DNA of 63,764 bases, the filler included, from Octopus bimaculoides (taxonomy: Eukaryota): assembly GCF_001194135.2 (NCBI RefSeq). It is 6 parts of 6 records of this genome, joined end to end, with 100 filler letters (N's around TTAATTAATTAA, not from the genome) between each part and the next. Parts side by side here need not be neighbours in the genome. Positions count along the whole stretch, not along the records: positions 1 to 15,352 come from NC_069000.1; 5 more parts are not named here. One strand, written 5' to 3'. Each line of letters opens with the position of its first letter. The first letter of the stretch is position 1. The notes under the pieces are model-generated. The model saw only the letters and a program-made list of their open reading frames with translations, had not been told where the DNA came from and searched no databases. The position numbers were made by a program, and so were the translations under genes. Below, one piece after another: positions 1 through 12,684 of this stretch.

Positions 1-191
1 ATGTGTGTGTATGCATCTTTTATCGTATACTTGTTTCAGTCATTGGACTGCAGCCATGCTGAGGCACCACCTTAGATAGTTTAGTCAAACAAATCGCCCC
101 TACTACTTATTGTCAAGCAATGAGAAAAACAAAGTCACATGCATACATACATACATACATACATACATACATACATACATACATACATACA

Positions 192-222
<31 letters not shown>

Positions 223-299
223 GGATGCGCTATTTTAAACGCTGTAAGGAGCAGTAATCGTCCTTAGAAATCATCTAGAATAGAAGTTAAAAATTGCAC

Positions 300-613
300 A
301 AATTATATCGGTTGGAGAAACTTCGTCAACGCCGGAGAATGCGACGTGATTTCTATCACGTGATTTCAGCGTAATTTTTGTCTCCTAAGGAACAGACACT
401 CGCCCACTAAATGGCAGATCGAAATACTATCAAATCGATATCGTTCAACACTGATTAACCCATGATGTCATAGAAAGATGGCGGGCTGAGTATAAATTAG
501 TTATTAGCGACGGAAGCAGCTTTTAGTAGCGAGTATTTATTTGTACATCCAATATAACTTGCATATGCGCATTGAGTTTTAACAACTGGTCATCAGGATC
601 GCTATGGGTAAGC
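300..613 (+). promoter_or_regulatory. Candidate CpG-retaining promoter / first exon
   Basis: CpG-rich non-repeat DNA with E-box palindrome ATCACGTGAT (355-364), YY1-type AAGATGGCGG (475-484) and strong donor ATGG|gtaagc at 608. Confidence 0.35.
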
Positions 614-1938
614 GGAGCCATGAAATATATGAGTGTGTATGTGTATGTATATGTGTGTGTGTGTGTGCGTGTGTGCGTGCAGGTTCTGTGGCATATATGT
701 ATATAAATATATACATATACATATACATACACACACGAGTGGGTGCTGAAAAGTTTCTCGCTTTGGGTAAAAGAAAATACAGGAGGATCGGTTAATTATG
801 ATTTTGTTCTACATATTCGCCTCTCAGATTCACNNNNNNNNNNNNNNNNNNNNNNNNNNNNNNNNNNNNNNNNNNNNNNNNNNNNNNNNNNNNNNNNNNN
901 NNNNNNNNNNNNNNNNNNNNNNNNNNNNNNNNNNNNNNNNNNNNNNNNNNNNNNNNNNNNNNNNNNNNNNNNNNNNNNNNNNNNNNNNNNNNNNNNNNNN
1001 NNNNNNNNNNNNNNNNNNNNNNNNNNNNNNNNNNNNNNNNNNNNNNNNNNNNNNNNNNNNNNNNNNNNNNNNNNNNNNNNNNNNNNNNNNNNNNNNNNNN
1101 NNNNNNNNNNNNNNNNNNNNNNNNNNNNNNNNNNNNNNNNNNNNNNNNNNNNNNNNNNNNNNNNNNNNNNNNNNNNNNNNNNNNNNNNNNNNNNNNNNNN
1201 NNNNNNNNNNNNNNNNNNNNNNNNNNNNNNNNNNNNNNNNNNNNNATATATGTATATATATATATATATAAACGTATACCTACCGCGTCGTCTGCAGACG
1301 CTCATATATGTATGTTCTCTCTCTCAATTTCTTTCACTCACACGCGTGCGCGCGCACACACACACATACACACATCTTTCACATATGTATTTCATGTGAA
1401 ACAATTGAGCTCTCTTTGTTTCAGTCTGTGTGGGGAGAGAGAGAGACAGAGACAGAGAGAGACAGAGAGACAGAGAAACAGAGAGAGGGCTCTGAGCGAC
1501 ATTGGTGTATTGCCACCAGGGTGCAAGCCTGGATAAAATGTTCCTAAGCTATATTGCAGTATACTGTATCAGCTAATGGTGTAATCGATATTATGTTATG
1601 CTGCATTATATTACATATTATTTTGTCAGATTGTTACATTGTATTGCATTATGTCGAATTGTGTGATATAATGTTTAATAACATGTTATGGTATATCATA
1701 ATGTATTACATTTATTTTTGCAATTATATTTATTTTTCACTTATGTGTGTGTGTGTGAGAGTATGTGTGTGTGTGCACAGACACATACATATATGTGTAT
1801 ATATACATATAGAGCCATGCTCGAATCGTTATATACCCACTCTTTTGGGTTTTTTTTCATTTTATACCAACCGTCAGACTATTACTTCCCATGTGTACTT
1901 CCTTTTCCGTCTTGTTATTTTTGATTTTCGATTTGCCA

Positions 1939-1990
<52 letters not shown>

Positions 1991-2119
1991 GGGCACCAAC
2001 CACATGGTTCCAAGTTCAGTCCCACTGCGTGGCATCTTGGACAAGTGGTCTTCTCCTATAGCCTCGAGCCGGCCAAAACCTTGTCAGTGGATTTCGTAGA
2101 TGGAAACTGAAAGACGCAC

Positions 2120-2253
2120 AAGGACTTCAGTTTGAACAATTTTCATGATGTTTCATATTTAGATGTTTTATTAAATTCATTCATCTGTTAGCATAAATAA
2201 ATATGGAATTGAATGGTTTTCATTTACTGTCAGGTGACTTTTGGCCAACCCTG
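2120..2253. mobile_element. Terminal fragment of a Tc1/mariner element
   Basis: Ends ggtgacttttggccaaccctg|TA (reverse complement CAGGGTTGGCCAAAAGTCACC), a Tc1-type terminus. Confidence 0.55.
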
Positions 2254-2259
2254 TATATA

Positions 2260-2364
2260 CGAGGGGTGTATGAAAAGTTTTGAACCTTCAAAACCTTTGA
2301 GCCATGAAGTCTTGTGCCATCTTTTTTTTTTCTTTAAGGCTCAAAACTTTTCCTACACCCCTCG
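2260..2364. mobile_element. Mariner-type MITE, 105 bp
   Basis: 24-bp TIRs cgaggggtgta(t/g)gaaaagttttga with one mismatch; TA on both sides. Confidence 0.88.
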
Positions 2365-3194
2365 TATGCAACAAGCAAGTCTATTAGTTTGACGCTTGGG
2401 AAAAATGGAAAAGTCCTTTATGTTTCGAGCCTACGCTCTTCAACAGAAAGGAATAAAAGGAGATAAATAGAGAGAGAATGATAATAAAAAAAAACCTGTA
2501 GAGTTTAGCATCAATGTATATGTGCCTTCGTATTTGTTTTTATCCCCTACCAGCGCTTGGCAACTAGTATGATTGTGTTTACGTCCCCGTTAACTAGCGG
2601 TTCGGCAAAATAGACCGATAGAATAAGCCCCAGGTTTTAAAAAATAAGTCCTGTGGTCGTTTTGTCGGAATAAAATTTTTCCAAAGTGTTGCTTCAGCAT
2701 GGCCGCTGTCTAATGACTCTGTGTGTGTGTGAATATACATGTGTGTGTGTATGCGTCTTTGTGTTTGTGTTTATCCTCCACCACCGGTTAGCGGTTAGGC
2801 CAAAGAGACCGATAGAATAAGTACCAGGCTTAAAAAGAAAAAAAAATCAGTACTGGGGTCGATTCATCCGACTAAAGATTCTTCAAGGCGGTGCCCCTGG
2901 ATGGCCCCAGTCAAATGACTACAACAAAAAAAGCCAAAAATACATCTTCTATGAGTAATTGTTTACGTGTGTCTATATGTGTTTGCGTATGTATACATAG
3001 ATTGCTTTACATTTAATATAAGCATATATGTATGGTTCTCTGTGAGAATGTGTTTGCGTATACATGTGGGTGTATGTGTGTGACTGACAAGCAAACCTGA
3101 CTATTTTAGTTTACATACGTCATGTCAGAAATCGCTGGTGTTTTCTTTCATTGCTATGCTGCGATATACAATATATATCTATCTTTTATTTTCT

Positions 3195-3401
3195 TTTATC
3201 TTTTACTTGTTTCAGTCATTGGACAGCGGCCATGCTGGGGCACAACCTTGAAGGGTTTTAGCCGAACAAATCGATCCCAGAGATTTTTTGGTGTTATTTT
3301 TTTAAAGCAAAATCGTTAATTAATTTTATTGCTCTCTTTTGCTGAACCGTTAATATTACGGATGTGCAAACAACACCGTTTGTAAAGCTGTGGTAGGAGA
3401 T

Positions 3402-3465
<64 letters not shown>

Positions 3466-3610
3466 GATAGACTTCCACAGTTTTCGTCAACCAAATTCAC
3501 TCACAAGGATTTGGTAGAAGGCACTTGCCCATAGTGCTGCGCAGTGGGATCGAACCTGTAACCACGTGGTGGCACTGTGAGCTTCTTAACCGCACAGACA
3601 TAGCTGCGCC
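3195..3610 (-). mobile_element. SINE family A, full copy
   Basis: Tail, (CA)n and head. Other partial copies at ~17-112, 1997-2116, 2525-2720 and 2760-2930. Confidence 0.85.
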
Positions 3611-3810
3611 TATCAATAGATTTTTTTAAGCCAACATAGTATTTCCACCCATGAAAATAAACAAGATGTGTAAACTATGTGTTTATATGTATGTACGTAT
3701 GTATGTATGTATGTATGTATGTATGTATGTATGTATGTGTGTATGTGTGTATGTATGTATGTTTGTATTATCTATGTATGTTTGTATGTATATATGTATG
3801 TCTGTATATA

Positions 3811-4047
3811 CAGTAATCTCTCGTCATATCGCGGTTCATCTATCGCGCACTCAGTACATCGCGGTTCACCTATCACGTACTCAGTACATCGCGGATTTTT
3901 CTGGCTAATATATGTACATTTATATCGCGGTCTCCTCAGTATATCGCGGGTTTCTGCGGCCGATAGGTATTTATATTTATTTAGATTTGAAGTATTCCCG
4001 TGGGCGGTTTTGGTACGTAACACCCGCCGATAGTCGAGGAATTGCTG
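3811..4047. mobile_element. Tigger/pogo-type MITE
   Basis: TA|CAGTAATCTCTCG...CGAGGAATTGCTG|TA termini; internal 30-bp direct repeat atcgcggttca(t/c)ctatc(g/a)cg(c/t)actcagtac x2. Confidence 0.8.
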
Positions 4048-5579
4048 TATGACTGTATGCTTGAAGGTGATGCATACGTACGTGTCTGTATGTATTGTGT
4101 ACGTGTATATACACATGCCTCTGAAAGAGCTTTGTTGTTTGATAATTTCATCATTTAGACCGTTTCCTTATATTTTGTGTAGGTGTCAACTTTTATTCCA
4201 TCAATTCTACTGATTACTCTATCACTCTTTTCAACGTGACATTGTAGTTTCGGACAGTAAGAAACGGGACACACACACACTCACACATGCACACGCACAC
4301 AAGGCTAAAAGTACATTAAAATATGAGACAAAGAAACCGTTTGCTTGACGAAAAAGGCAGAGAGAATGTGTGAAAATATTCTAACAGATAAACTAATATC
4401 TCGCTTGCGGTGAATAACCTAATTCGTGTGGCTGCCAGTAGGTATTTTGTAGAGTGGTTATATTTCAGCATTTCTGTAGGTATGGGACACTATAAAACCC
4501 AGCCCTTGCTTCGTTGGGTTGCTTTGCCAACATGAAATCGCTCTCCAGAAACGAGACATCTGTCTACTTATAATAAATAGTTAAACAGTAAAGATTGGGA
4601 AATGAAATGGTGATTATTTTCACGATGGTTATACTGATGACGGAAATGTTATTAATGACAGCGTCTGTCTGTGTGTCTATTTGTTGGATTCTATTCCCAA
4701 CAGCATGTTAACGCATGCTCAAGGTATGTGAGATTAATTGATTTTTAATATGTTCGCAATGTTGTTCTTTAAAGAAAGATAATACTATTGATAATTTGCT
4801 AAGTGAAATAAGAGTGAAACCTATCCTTACTTAATTTACTAAGGGATACATATGTGTGTGTGTATGTATGTATGTATGTATGTATGTATGTATGTATGTA
4901 TGTATGTATGCATGTATGTACGTATGTATGTATGTATGTATGTAGGTACGTTTTTCTTGATAGTCTAGCGGAATAAATCTTCTCACAGATGGTAACCATC
5001 CGAGTTTTCGTATTTTGAGCGAACGAGATAAATGTGAGTCTGAAGCATGACTTCATCTTATAAACTATATCTGTGACAGTATTTTGAAAGGAAAAACTGG
5101 CAACGAACAGTTTGCCTTCCATAACCTTTAAGAAAAAACATAACAAATTAAGAAGCGTAAGAGATAACAAATGACAAGCAAAATCAAAAAACTGTAATTA
5201 AAGAATTAATTATATATATATATATAACGGCCAACGATTGATGACTAGTTGAACATTTCGGACTAGGAAACTGTATCATAATGAGTCTTCTTTTTGTTGT
5301 TCCAGTCCCTCATCCACAAATAAACATGCTACTCTAATGTTTTTTTACCCCCTTCCCTAGACCGGATTAACTATACGGCTCCTTGCACGTGTGATGTGTC
5401 TTTAGGGATATATTTCTAGCTGTAGTAGTTCTGAACATTCGAGTGGTTCGACGCGTGAATGTTTTCTGGGCAAACTCAAAGGTAATAATTATTATTAAAA
5501 TTATAATTAAAGGTATCTAAAAGATACCATCATGCTAGAGAGAGCAGTCAAAACTTGACTCTAAAACCACATCAAATAT

Positions 5580-5687
5580 TCATTCATACACCACCAGGAG
5601 AGAAGACAAAGAGACAAAATAAACTAGCAAAAAAATTATTGAATTCATTGCCACCAAATTCGCAGTCCACAGCATCGAAGCTTCCAT
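5580..5687 (-). CDS. Candidate signal-peptide-like first coding exon / small ORF
   Basis: Perfect Kozak context GCCACCATGG; MEASMLWTANLVAMNSIIFLLVYFVSLSSLLVVYE*; possible donor GT|gtatga before the stop; paralogous to 9789-9852. Confidence 0.3.
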   Translation of the reverse strand: MEASMLWTANLVAMNSIIFLLVYFVSLSSLLVVYE

Positions 5688-7547
5688 GGTGGCGACTTTT
5701 CTTGATCATCTCTACTTTCGTCTGAGTCATTTGTTAGGATCAGGCGCCTTCGTATTTTTCTTTCGTTTTCAGTCCACTGGTTCATGTATGTAAATTCGTA
5801 GAAGAAACACGCAGCCTCTCATCACGGTCACGTAAACAGACGCGCTAGTCAGTGCATTCTGGGTAGCTGAGCATAGTGGGTGGTCGCATTTTGTGGGGAG
5901 ACAGCTTTTAGTGCGGTAAAAGCAGAATCTTCAACTGATCAATCTATGATAAACGTAACATGATTCACAATTGAGCGTAGCTCGTTTTTGCGGACCAGTG
6001 ATGAAACAGTGATAAAAGAGAATAGATATACATCAATTTTAGGTAAGTTTATGGATTCATAAAGTGTGAGTACAATATCAACGTGGCGTATGTAGCTAGA
6101 GTGTATTCGCTATTTTTATTTTCACTGAAGTTTTCGAAAACAAATTTCCCGAATCGTTTTATAATCTTTCAGTCATTAGACTGCGCCCACGCTGGGGCAC
6201 CGCCTTGAAGAATTTCTAGTCGAATGGATAGACCTCAGCACTTATTCAATCGATCTGTTTTGACGAACCTCTAGCTACCAGCTGAACACTGGAGTCGATG
6301 TAATCGACTTAACCCCTCTCCCGAAATTGCTGGCCTTGAGTCAAAATTTTGAAACCGTTATTAAGGTGGCCTACTGGCAGAATCGTTACCGTGCCGGAGA
6401 AAATGCTTAGCGGCATTTCTTCCAGCATTTTATTCCGAATAAAAATTCTGTTGAGGTCGACTTTTTCTTTCATCCTTCCGAGGCCGATAAAACAAGTACC
6501 AAGGTCGATTTAATGAACTTCTCCACCCTCAAAATTGCTGCCCTCGTGCCAAAATAAGAACAGATTATTACTATTTATCCCTGTGGGGTCGATAAATAAA
6601 GGCACTTCTTCTCAACTCTGCAGGTTCTGTGCCAAAATTAGAAACAAGTTATTTATTGCTATNNNNNNNNNNNNNNNNNNNNNNNNNNNNNNNNNNNNNN
6701 NNNNNNNNNNNNNNNNNNNNNNNNNNNNNNNNNNNNNNNNNNNNNNNNNNNNNNNNNNNNNNNNNNNNNNNNNNNNNNNNNNNNNNNNNNNNNNNNNNNN
6801 NNNNNNNNNNNNNNNNNNNNNNNNNNNNNNNNNNNNNNNNNNNNNNNNNNNNNNNNNNNNNNNNNNNNNNNNNNNNNNNNNNNNNNNNNNNNNNNNNNNN
6901 NNNNNNNNNNNNNNNNNNNNNNNNNNNNNNNNNNNNNNNNNNNNNNNNNNNNNNNNNNNNNNNNNNNNNNNNNNNNNNNNNNNNNNNNNNNNNNNNNNNN
7001 NNNNNNNNNNNNNNNNNNNNNNNNNNACACACACACACAAACAGTGTTAAACCAAAGCGTCACAACCCCCTGCTATTATTACCATCAGTGCCGACCAAAA
7101 CAACAACGAAAATGAGAAGCAGAAAGAAAATTTAAACTGCCGCTTCGAAACACCAGCAAATTACACGCAGCCACCATCACCGCTGCCACCACCACCACCA
7201 CCACCATCATGATTAAGAAATCATATCACTGCGATTAATAAATCAAGTGTTTGCTGTTTTGTTAATGCTGCACAGTGAAAGGAAAGCATTTTCTTTTATC
7301 CGCCCAGGAATTAAAGAATGCAAAGAATTTCCTCACGAGGCCTGGCCGAAATGTATCGTCAAATATTTCAGAATCCATCCGACAAGAAACCAACCACAAA
7401 AGCCATAATTCACAACTGCAAAAGGTTGAGAAGTTGGAAAATAGAGCAAGTGGTACAGCAGCAAATAGAAAAGTACCCCCAGATTGACGGACGAACCATT
7501 TAAATTGCTCGGATCTATTTTTATCCAGAGCTCCAATTTGAGCAAAA

Positions 7548-8000
7548 CTGAGACGTGGTGATGTCCCGGGTGGCTAGTCTCACCTAGAAGTGGGTCGAGA
7601 GAAAGCTGTCTTTGGGAGGTTGGTTAGAGGTGGCGAAGACCGACATCGTCTTCATCTGTTACTGTCTGACCATCGTATCTTGCCCCAGTTCACGTTTGAT
7701 TGGGTTGAAGAGTTTACGTTTTGTAGAAGGGACTTGAAAAGGAAAGTGAGGCGGGTCTAGTTTTGTCCAGATCTCCAAGTAGAGAAAATCTGAGACGCTT
7801 GTCCAGGGTGGTTAGTCACACCTAGTGGTGGACCGAGAGAAAGATATCCCTGTAAGGTCGGCTAGAGGTGGGGAGCGCTTACATCATCATCATCATCATC
7901 ATCGGTTACCGTGTGACCGTCCTGTGTTGCCCTGATTCAGGTCTGACTGGATTGAAGAGTCTGCATTTTATAGAAGGGACTGGAAAAGGAAAGTGAGAGT
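7548..8000. repeat. Diverged tandem duplication, ~240-bp unit x2
   Basis: tgagacg..gtcc.gggtgg.tagtc.cacctag..gtgg..cgagagaaag...ttgaagagt...tagaagggact.gaaaaggaaagtgag occurs at ~7548-7750 and ~7790-7997. Confidence 0.8.
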
Positions 8001-8759
8001 GGAGAGGAAAGTGCTGCCTTCCAACACGTTTATTGAAATGTGGATGAGAATGGCGATCATAGTCCGGGTGAATGGGCCTGCCCTGAACTCTGGACATATG
8101 CCGGGAGGCTGGAGGAGGACAACTGGGAGAGAGGACTTGGCTTAGGTGTCAGGCTGACCTTAGTTTCCAGGGCTTTCCATCAGTAGCTCTCAATTTTTTT
8201 TCTTTGCTTCTGTTATTCTCCTTTTTACACACTCTTTCCTTTGTAGCCCCACGCTGTATCGTCATGTACTATCTTCGATGTTTTGTCAACCCTTCTTTAC
8301 GTTTTGAGTTCAAATCCCGCCGAAAAGTAAATCGACTTTACCTTTCATCCTTTCAGAGTCGATAAAATAGGTGAAATCGACTTGCCCTCTCCCACAAAAT
8401 TTCAGGTTTTGTGCCAATGAAAAAAAGGATTATTGGTGTTGTTAAGGCGTCGGACTAAATGCTCAATGGAATTTCTTCCAGCACTTCCGTATTCAAATAC
8501 CGCCGTGGTCAACTTCATCTTTCACCCTTTCGGGGTCGGTCTATAAAAAAAAACCCCAACAAACTACCAACTGAAAAGTGGGGTCGATTTGTTTGCTTTC
8601 CCCTCCTCTCAAAATTGCTGGTCTAGAAACAATTATTATTGTCGTTGTCGTTTGAGCATTTTAATGTTCTTCCGCTAGAGACCTAGCAGACCGTCCGGCC
8701 CGGGTCCCTTCCTATTAGGTAATTTTTAAGCTTTTTTTTTTCTTATGAGCTCTGAAGTG

Positions 8760-9560
8760 ATTACTATGTTGACCTATTGTTTTACTCGTGTTAATTCGTT
8801 ATCTACTACTCTCTGCCTTGTCTCCTTATTGTGGTTATCTTCTTGCTCATTCCAAAACTTTCTGCTCTTCTCTCAGCATTTCATACACCATCGTTGTGTC
8901 TTTCTCCACCGCCAATTTTTCAAACAATCTCTCCAGACTATTTTCAAACAACCTGTTCTGCTGAAACTGATCCATTCTTTTCTCATACCGTTCTTACCTT
9001 AGCTACTTTTGCTGTTACTCTTTTACTTCAGTTCTTCAGTTACATCGTTTATTCTTCTCATTTCCTTTTTCATTCTGTATATTCTTTCTAGTGTATTAAT
9101 GACACTTTCTTTTCTTAATGTACCTTCTTTAAGGAGCTGTTGTTCACTCGCTTTTCATCTCAAGCTCATGATGCTACCATCTAACTGTCTTTTCGACGAA
9201 GGTATTTTTCTCTTATGTTCTCGGTTTACTTGACTTGTTGCTAATCTCTTTTGACACAACTGCTATGACTTGTATAACTTATTTACTGTCAGGAGGAGAG
9301 AAATAACATATCCTATAACATTGTCAATTTCTTTCATTTTCTGTGCTTTATCGTCTTTCTATCATATCTTCTAAGGTTGGCAGGTATTTCGTTATTATTT
9401 TGTTCAAGTCAGTCTAATATTTTGTCCAATAATTCCATCTTCTTGTCACTCCGACCGCCCTGTCACTTTCTGAAGTTTATTTCCTCTCCCCAACTCATCA
9501 CACTTTTTGTCTCCCCACTTCATCTTTCTCTCTCCCTCTCACTCCTTATTTCTTTCACGT
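8760..9560 (-). mobile_element. Decayed R4/Dong-like non-LTR retrotransposon internal fragment
   Basis: Frameshifted translation includes ELK.KVTAKVAK..YEKRMDQFQQNRLFEN, the conserved pre-RT block of R4/Dong elements. Confidence 0.65.
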
Positions 9561-10149
9561 ATAACTTCAGATTCACAATTTTCCTGAGGAAAAAATGTGT
9601 GTAGTGGTCAGTAATCTATCATATATATATATATGTATATATAATAGCAGACACCACAGGTTGCATTAGAAATGCACCTATCCTCGTTTATCACAGGCAT
9701 TAGAAAAACAAAGTAAGAAAAAGACGTGATAACTGAATCAGTGACAAATGAATCATCCCTATGCATTTTGTAAATGGAATGAATAGTAGATTCACTACCA
9801 CCAGGTTCGCAGCCCACAGCTGCAAAGCTTCCACCGTGGCGTCTATTTCCATTTGCTCTTTAATTTCTGATAATTCCAGATTCATTATGTAACCATAGTG
9901 CCTATCAGGCAAATTTCTGTTCTGTCACTGGAAACACCACAGCATCGTTCTAAATTGCTTTGTGTTTGCTCTCTCTTTCTGTCTCTTTCTGTACACTCTC
10001 TCTTATTTGGTTCGTTCGTAGAGCAAGATTTCAATATTAGACCTTTGTCCATCTGGTTTAGACCTTTGTTTACACCTCTGTCCATCTGGTTTAAACTGGA
10101 TTCTTTCGTCTTTCGAGTTCATTAATATTCGGCGCCAATATTGTTGCTT

Positions 10150-10375
10150 GATGTAAGGCAGCGATTTGGCAGAATCGTTAGCATGCCGGACGAAATGTTT
10201 AGCGGCATGTTGTCCATCTCTGCATTCTGAGTTCAAATTCCACCGAAGTCGACTTTGCCTTTCGTCCTTTCAGGGTCAACAAAATAAGTACAAGTTGAGC
10301 ACTGGGGTTAATGCAATCGACTTAACCCCCTCCCCCGAAATTGCTGGCCCTGTGCCAAAATTTGAAACCATTATT
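10150..10375 (+). mobile_element. SINE family B copy
   Basis: tRNA-like head ggcagaatcgttagca.gccgg.cgaaatg..tagcgg...tctgagttcaaattc, core gtcgactttgcctttc.tcctttc.gggtc. Related pieces at ~6280-6600 and 8300-8630. Confidence 0.88.
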
Positions 10376-11634
10376 GTTGCTTGATGTTTTCTTTTATTTA
10401 AAATAAATAAGGGGGGTTTTATTTGTTGTGATAGGGTAACAACTGACAGGGACCCGACTCTCCATCAAAACAATGACAACAGCTTCAGCGACGAGATCTA
10501 AAACCCACAAAGACAAACACACAAAAGTACCAGGAGAAACCTTTATGCATGACAATCACAGCAAAAACAACAGTCGTGACAACATTAATAACAAGTTGAA
10601 CACGCAATCACAATAGCGTCAACAGGAAAACAGATAAGCACAGCAAGATCCGTAGCAACAACCCATCAAAAGAAAAAAGAAAATCAACACCAATAACAAG
10701 AGCAGCAGCAGCAGTGGCGGTGGTAGCAGCAGTAGGAAGAGCAACACCACCAACTGCGAAACACACAGCTACCCGTCCTTCTTAATCTAATTGTTGTACG
10801 AGTTGATAGAGTACAAAAAAAAAGGGGAAGGTTGAAGATCTCATTCTAAAACACTGACAGATAGATTTCTGGTGAATATATCAACAAAGAAACTTTTGGA
10901 AAGGCCCTTTCAAGGACCCCCACCNNNNNNNNNNNNNNNNNNNNNNNNNNNNNNNNNNNNNNNNNNNNNNNNNNNNNNNNNNNNNNNNNNNNNNNNNNNN
11001 NNNNNNNNNNNNNNNNNNNNNNNNNNNNNNNNNNNNNNNNNNNNNNNNNNNNNNNNNNNNNNNNNNNNNNNNNNNNNNNNNNNNNNNNNNNNNNNNNNNN
11101 NNNNNNNNNNNNNNNNNNNNNNNNNNNNNNNNNNNNNNNNNNNNNNNNNNNNNNNNNNNNNNNNNNNNNNNNNNNNNNNNNNNNNNNNNNNNNNNNNNNN
11201 NNNNNNNNNNNNNNNNNNNNNNNNNNNNNNNNNNNNNNNNNNNNNNNNNNNNNNNNNNNNNNNNNNNNNNNNNNNNNNNNNNNNNNNNNNNNNNNNNNNN
11301 NNNNNNNNNNNNNNNNNNNNNNNNNNNNNNNNNNNNNNNNNNNNNNNNNNNNNNNNNNNNNNNNNNNNNNNNNNNNNNNNNNNNNNNNNNNNNNNNNNNN
11401 NNNNNNNNNNNNNNNNNNNNNNNNNNNNNNNNNNNNNNNNNNNNNNNNNNNNNNNNNNNNNNNNNNNNNNNNNNNNNNNNNNNNNNNNNNNNNNNNNNNN
11501 NNNNNNNNNNNNNNNNNNNNNNNNNNNNNNNNNNNNNNNNNNNNNNNNNNNNNNNNNNNNNNNNNNNNNNNNNNNNNNNNNNNNNNNNNNNNNNNNNNNN
11601 NNNNNNNNNNNNNNNNNNNNNNNNNNNNNNNNNN

Positions 11635-12524
11635 CGTAAACACACCAGCATCGGTTGTCAAGCGATGTTGGAGGGACAGACACAGACACACAAACACATA
11701 TATATATATGTGTTTGTGTGTCTGTGTCTGTCCCTCCAACATCGCTTGACAACCGATGCTGGTGTGTTTACGTCCCCGTAACTTAGCGGTTCGACAAAAG
11801 AGACCGATAGAATAAGTACTAGGTTTACAAAGAATAAGTTGATTTGCTCGCCTAAAGGCGGTGCTCCAGCGCGGTCGCAGTCAAATGACTGAAACAAATA
11901 AAAGAGTATATATATATAGACCGATAGAATAAGTACTAGGCTTACAAAGAATAAGTTCTGGGGTCGATTTCTTCTACTAAAGGCGGTGTTCCAGCATGGC
12001 CGCAGTCAAATGACTGAAACGAGTTAAAGAGTAAAGGAATATATATATATATGACGAGTTTCCACGCAGGTTCTGTCTACCATAGTCACTCGCAAGACAC
12101 TAATCGGCCAAGGGTTATAGTTGAAGACATTTGTAGAAGGTGCTGCGCAGTGGGACTGAACCCAAGCCACGTGGTTGCAAAGAAAGCTTTTTAACAACAT
12201 GGCCATGCCTACGCCTTTTTGTGTGTAGATAAAGTATTTATTACAGCAGCAGGTAGAGGTAGCAGTGAGTAATCACTATTTCAGCTGGTCGACTACACCC
12301 GTGCTTTTCAAGCGGGGAGGTCCCCTGGTGTGATGGTTAGGAGGGGTGAAAAAATAAGTGGTAAACTGTGATGTTTAAAAAAAATTGAGGCTTGCTTCCC
12401 AACCACATAGTTCTAGGTTCAGTCCCACTGCGTGGCACTTTGGGCAAGTGTCTTCTACTATAGCCTCAGGCCGACCAAAGCCTTGTGAGTTTATTTGGTA
12501 GACGGAAACTGAAAGAAACCCGTC

Positions 12525-12560
<36 letters not shown>

Positions 12561-12684
12561 TTGCCCCCGCTGTGTTTACGTCCCTGTAATTAGCAGTTCA
12601 GCAAAAAGGGTCCGATAGAACAAGTACCAGGATTAAAAAGAAATAAGTGCTGGGTTCGATTTATTCAACTAAAATTTCTTCAAG
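11635..12684. mobile_element. Cluster of SINE family A pieces
   Basis: Two tandem tails (+) at 11635-12035, a head (-) at ~12055-12210, and a near-full copy (+) at ~12385-12684. Confidence 0.85.

Noticed and set aside
4660-5481. Two + strand exon candidates (4660-4723, 5420-5481) with good donors
   Set aside because: They can be joined in more than one frame, give no recognisable peptide, and no third exon was found.
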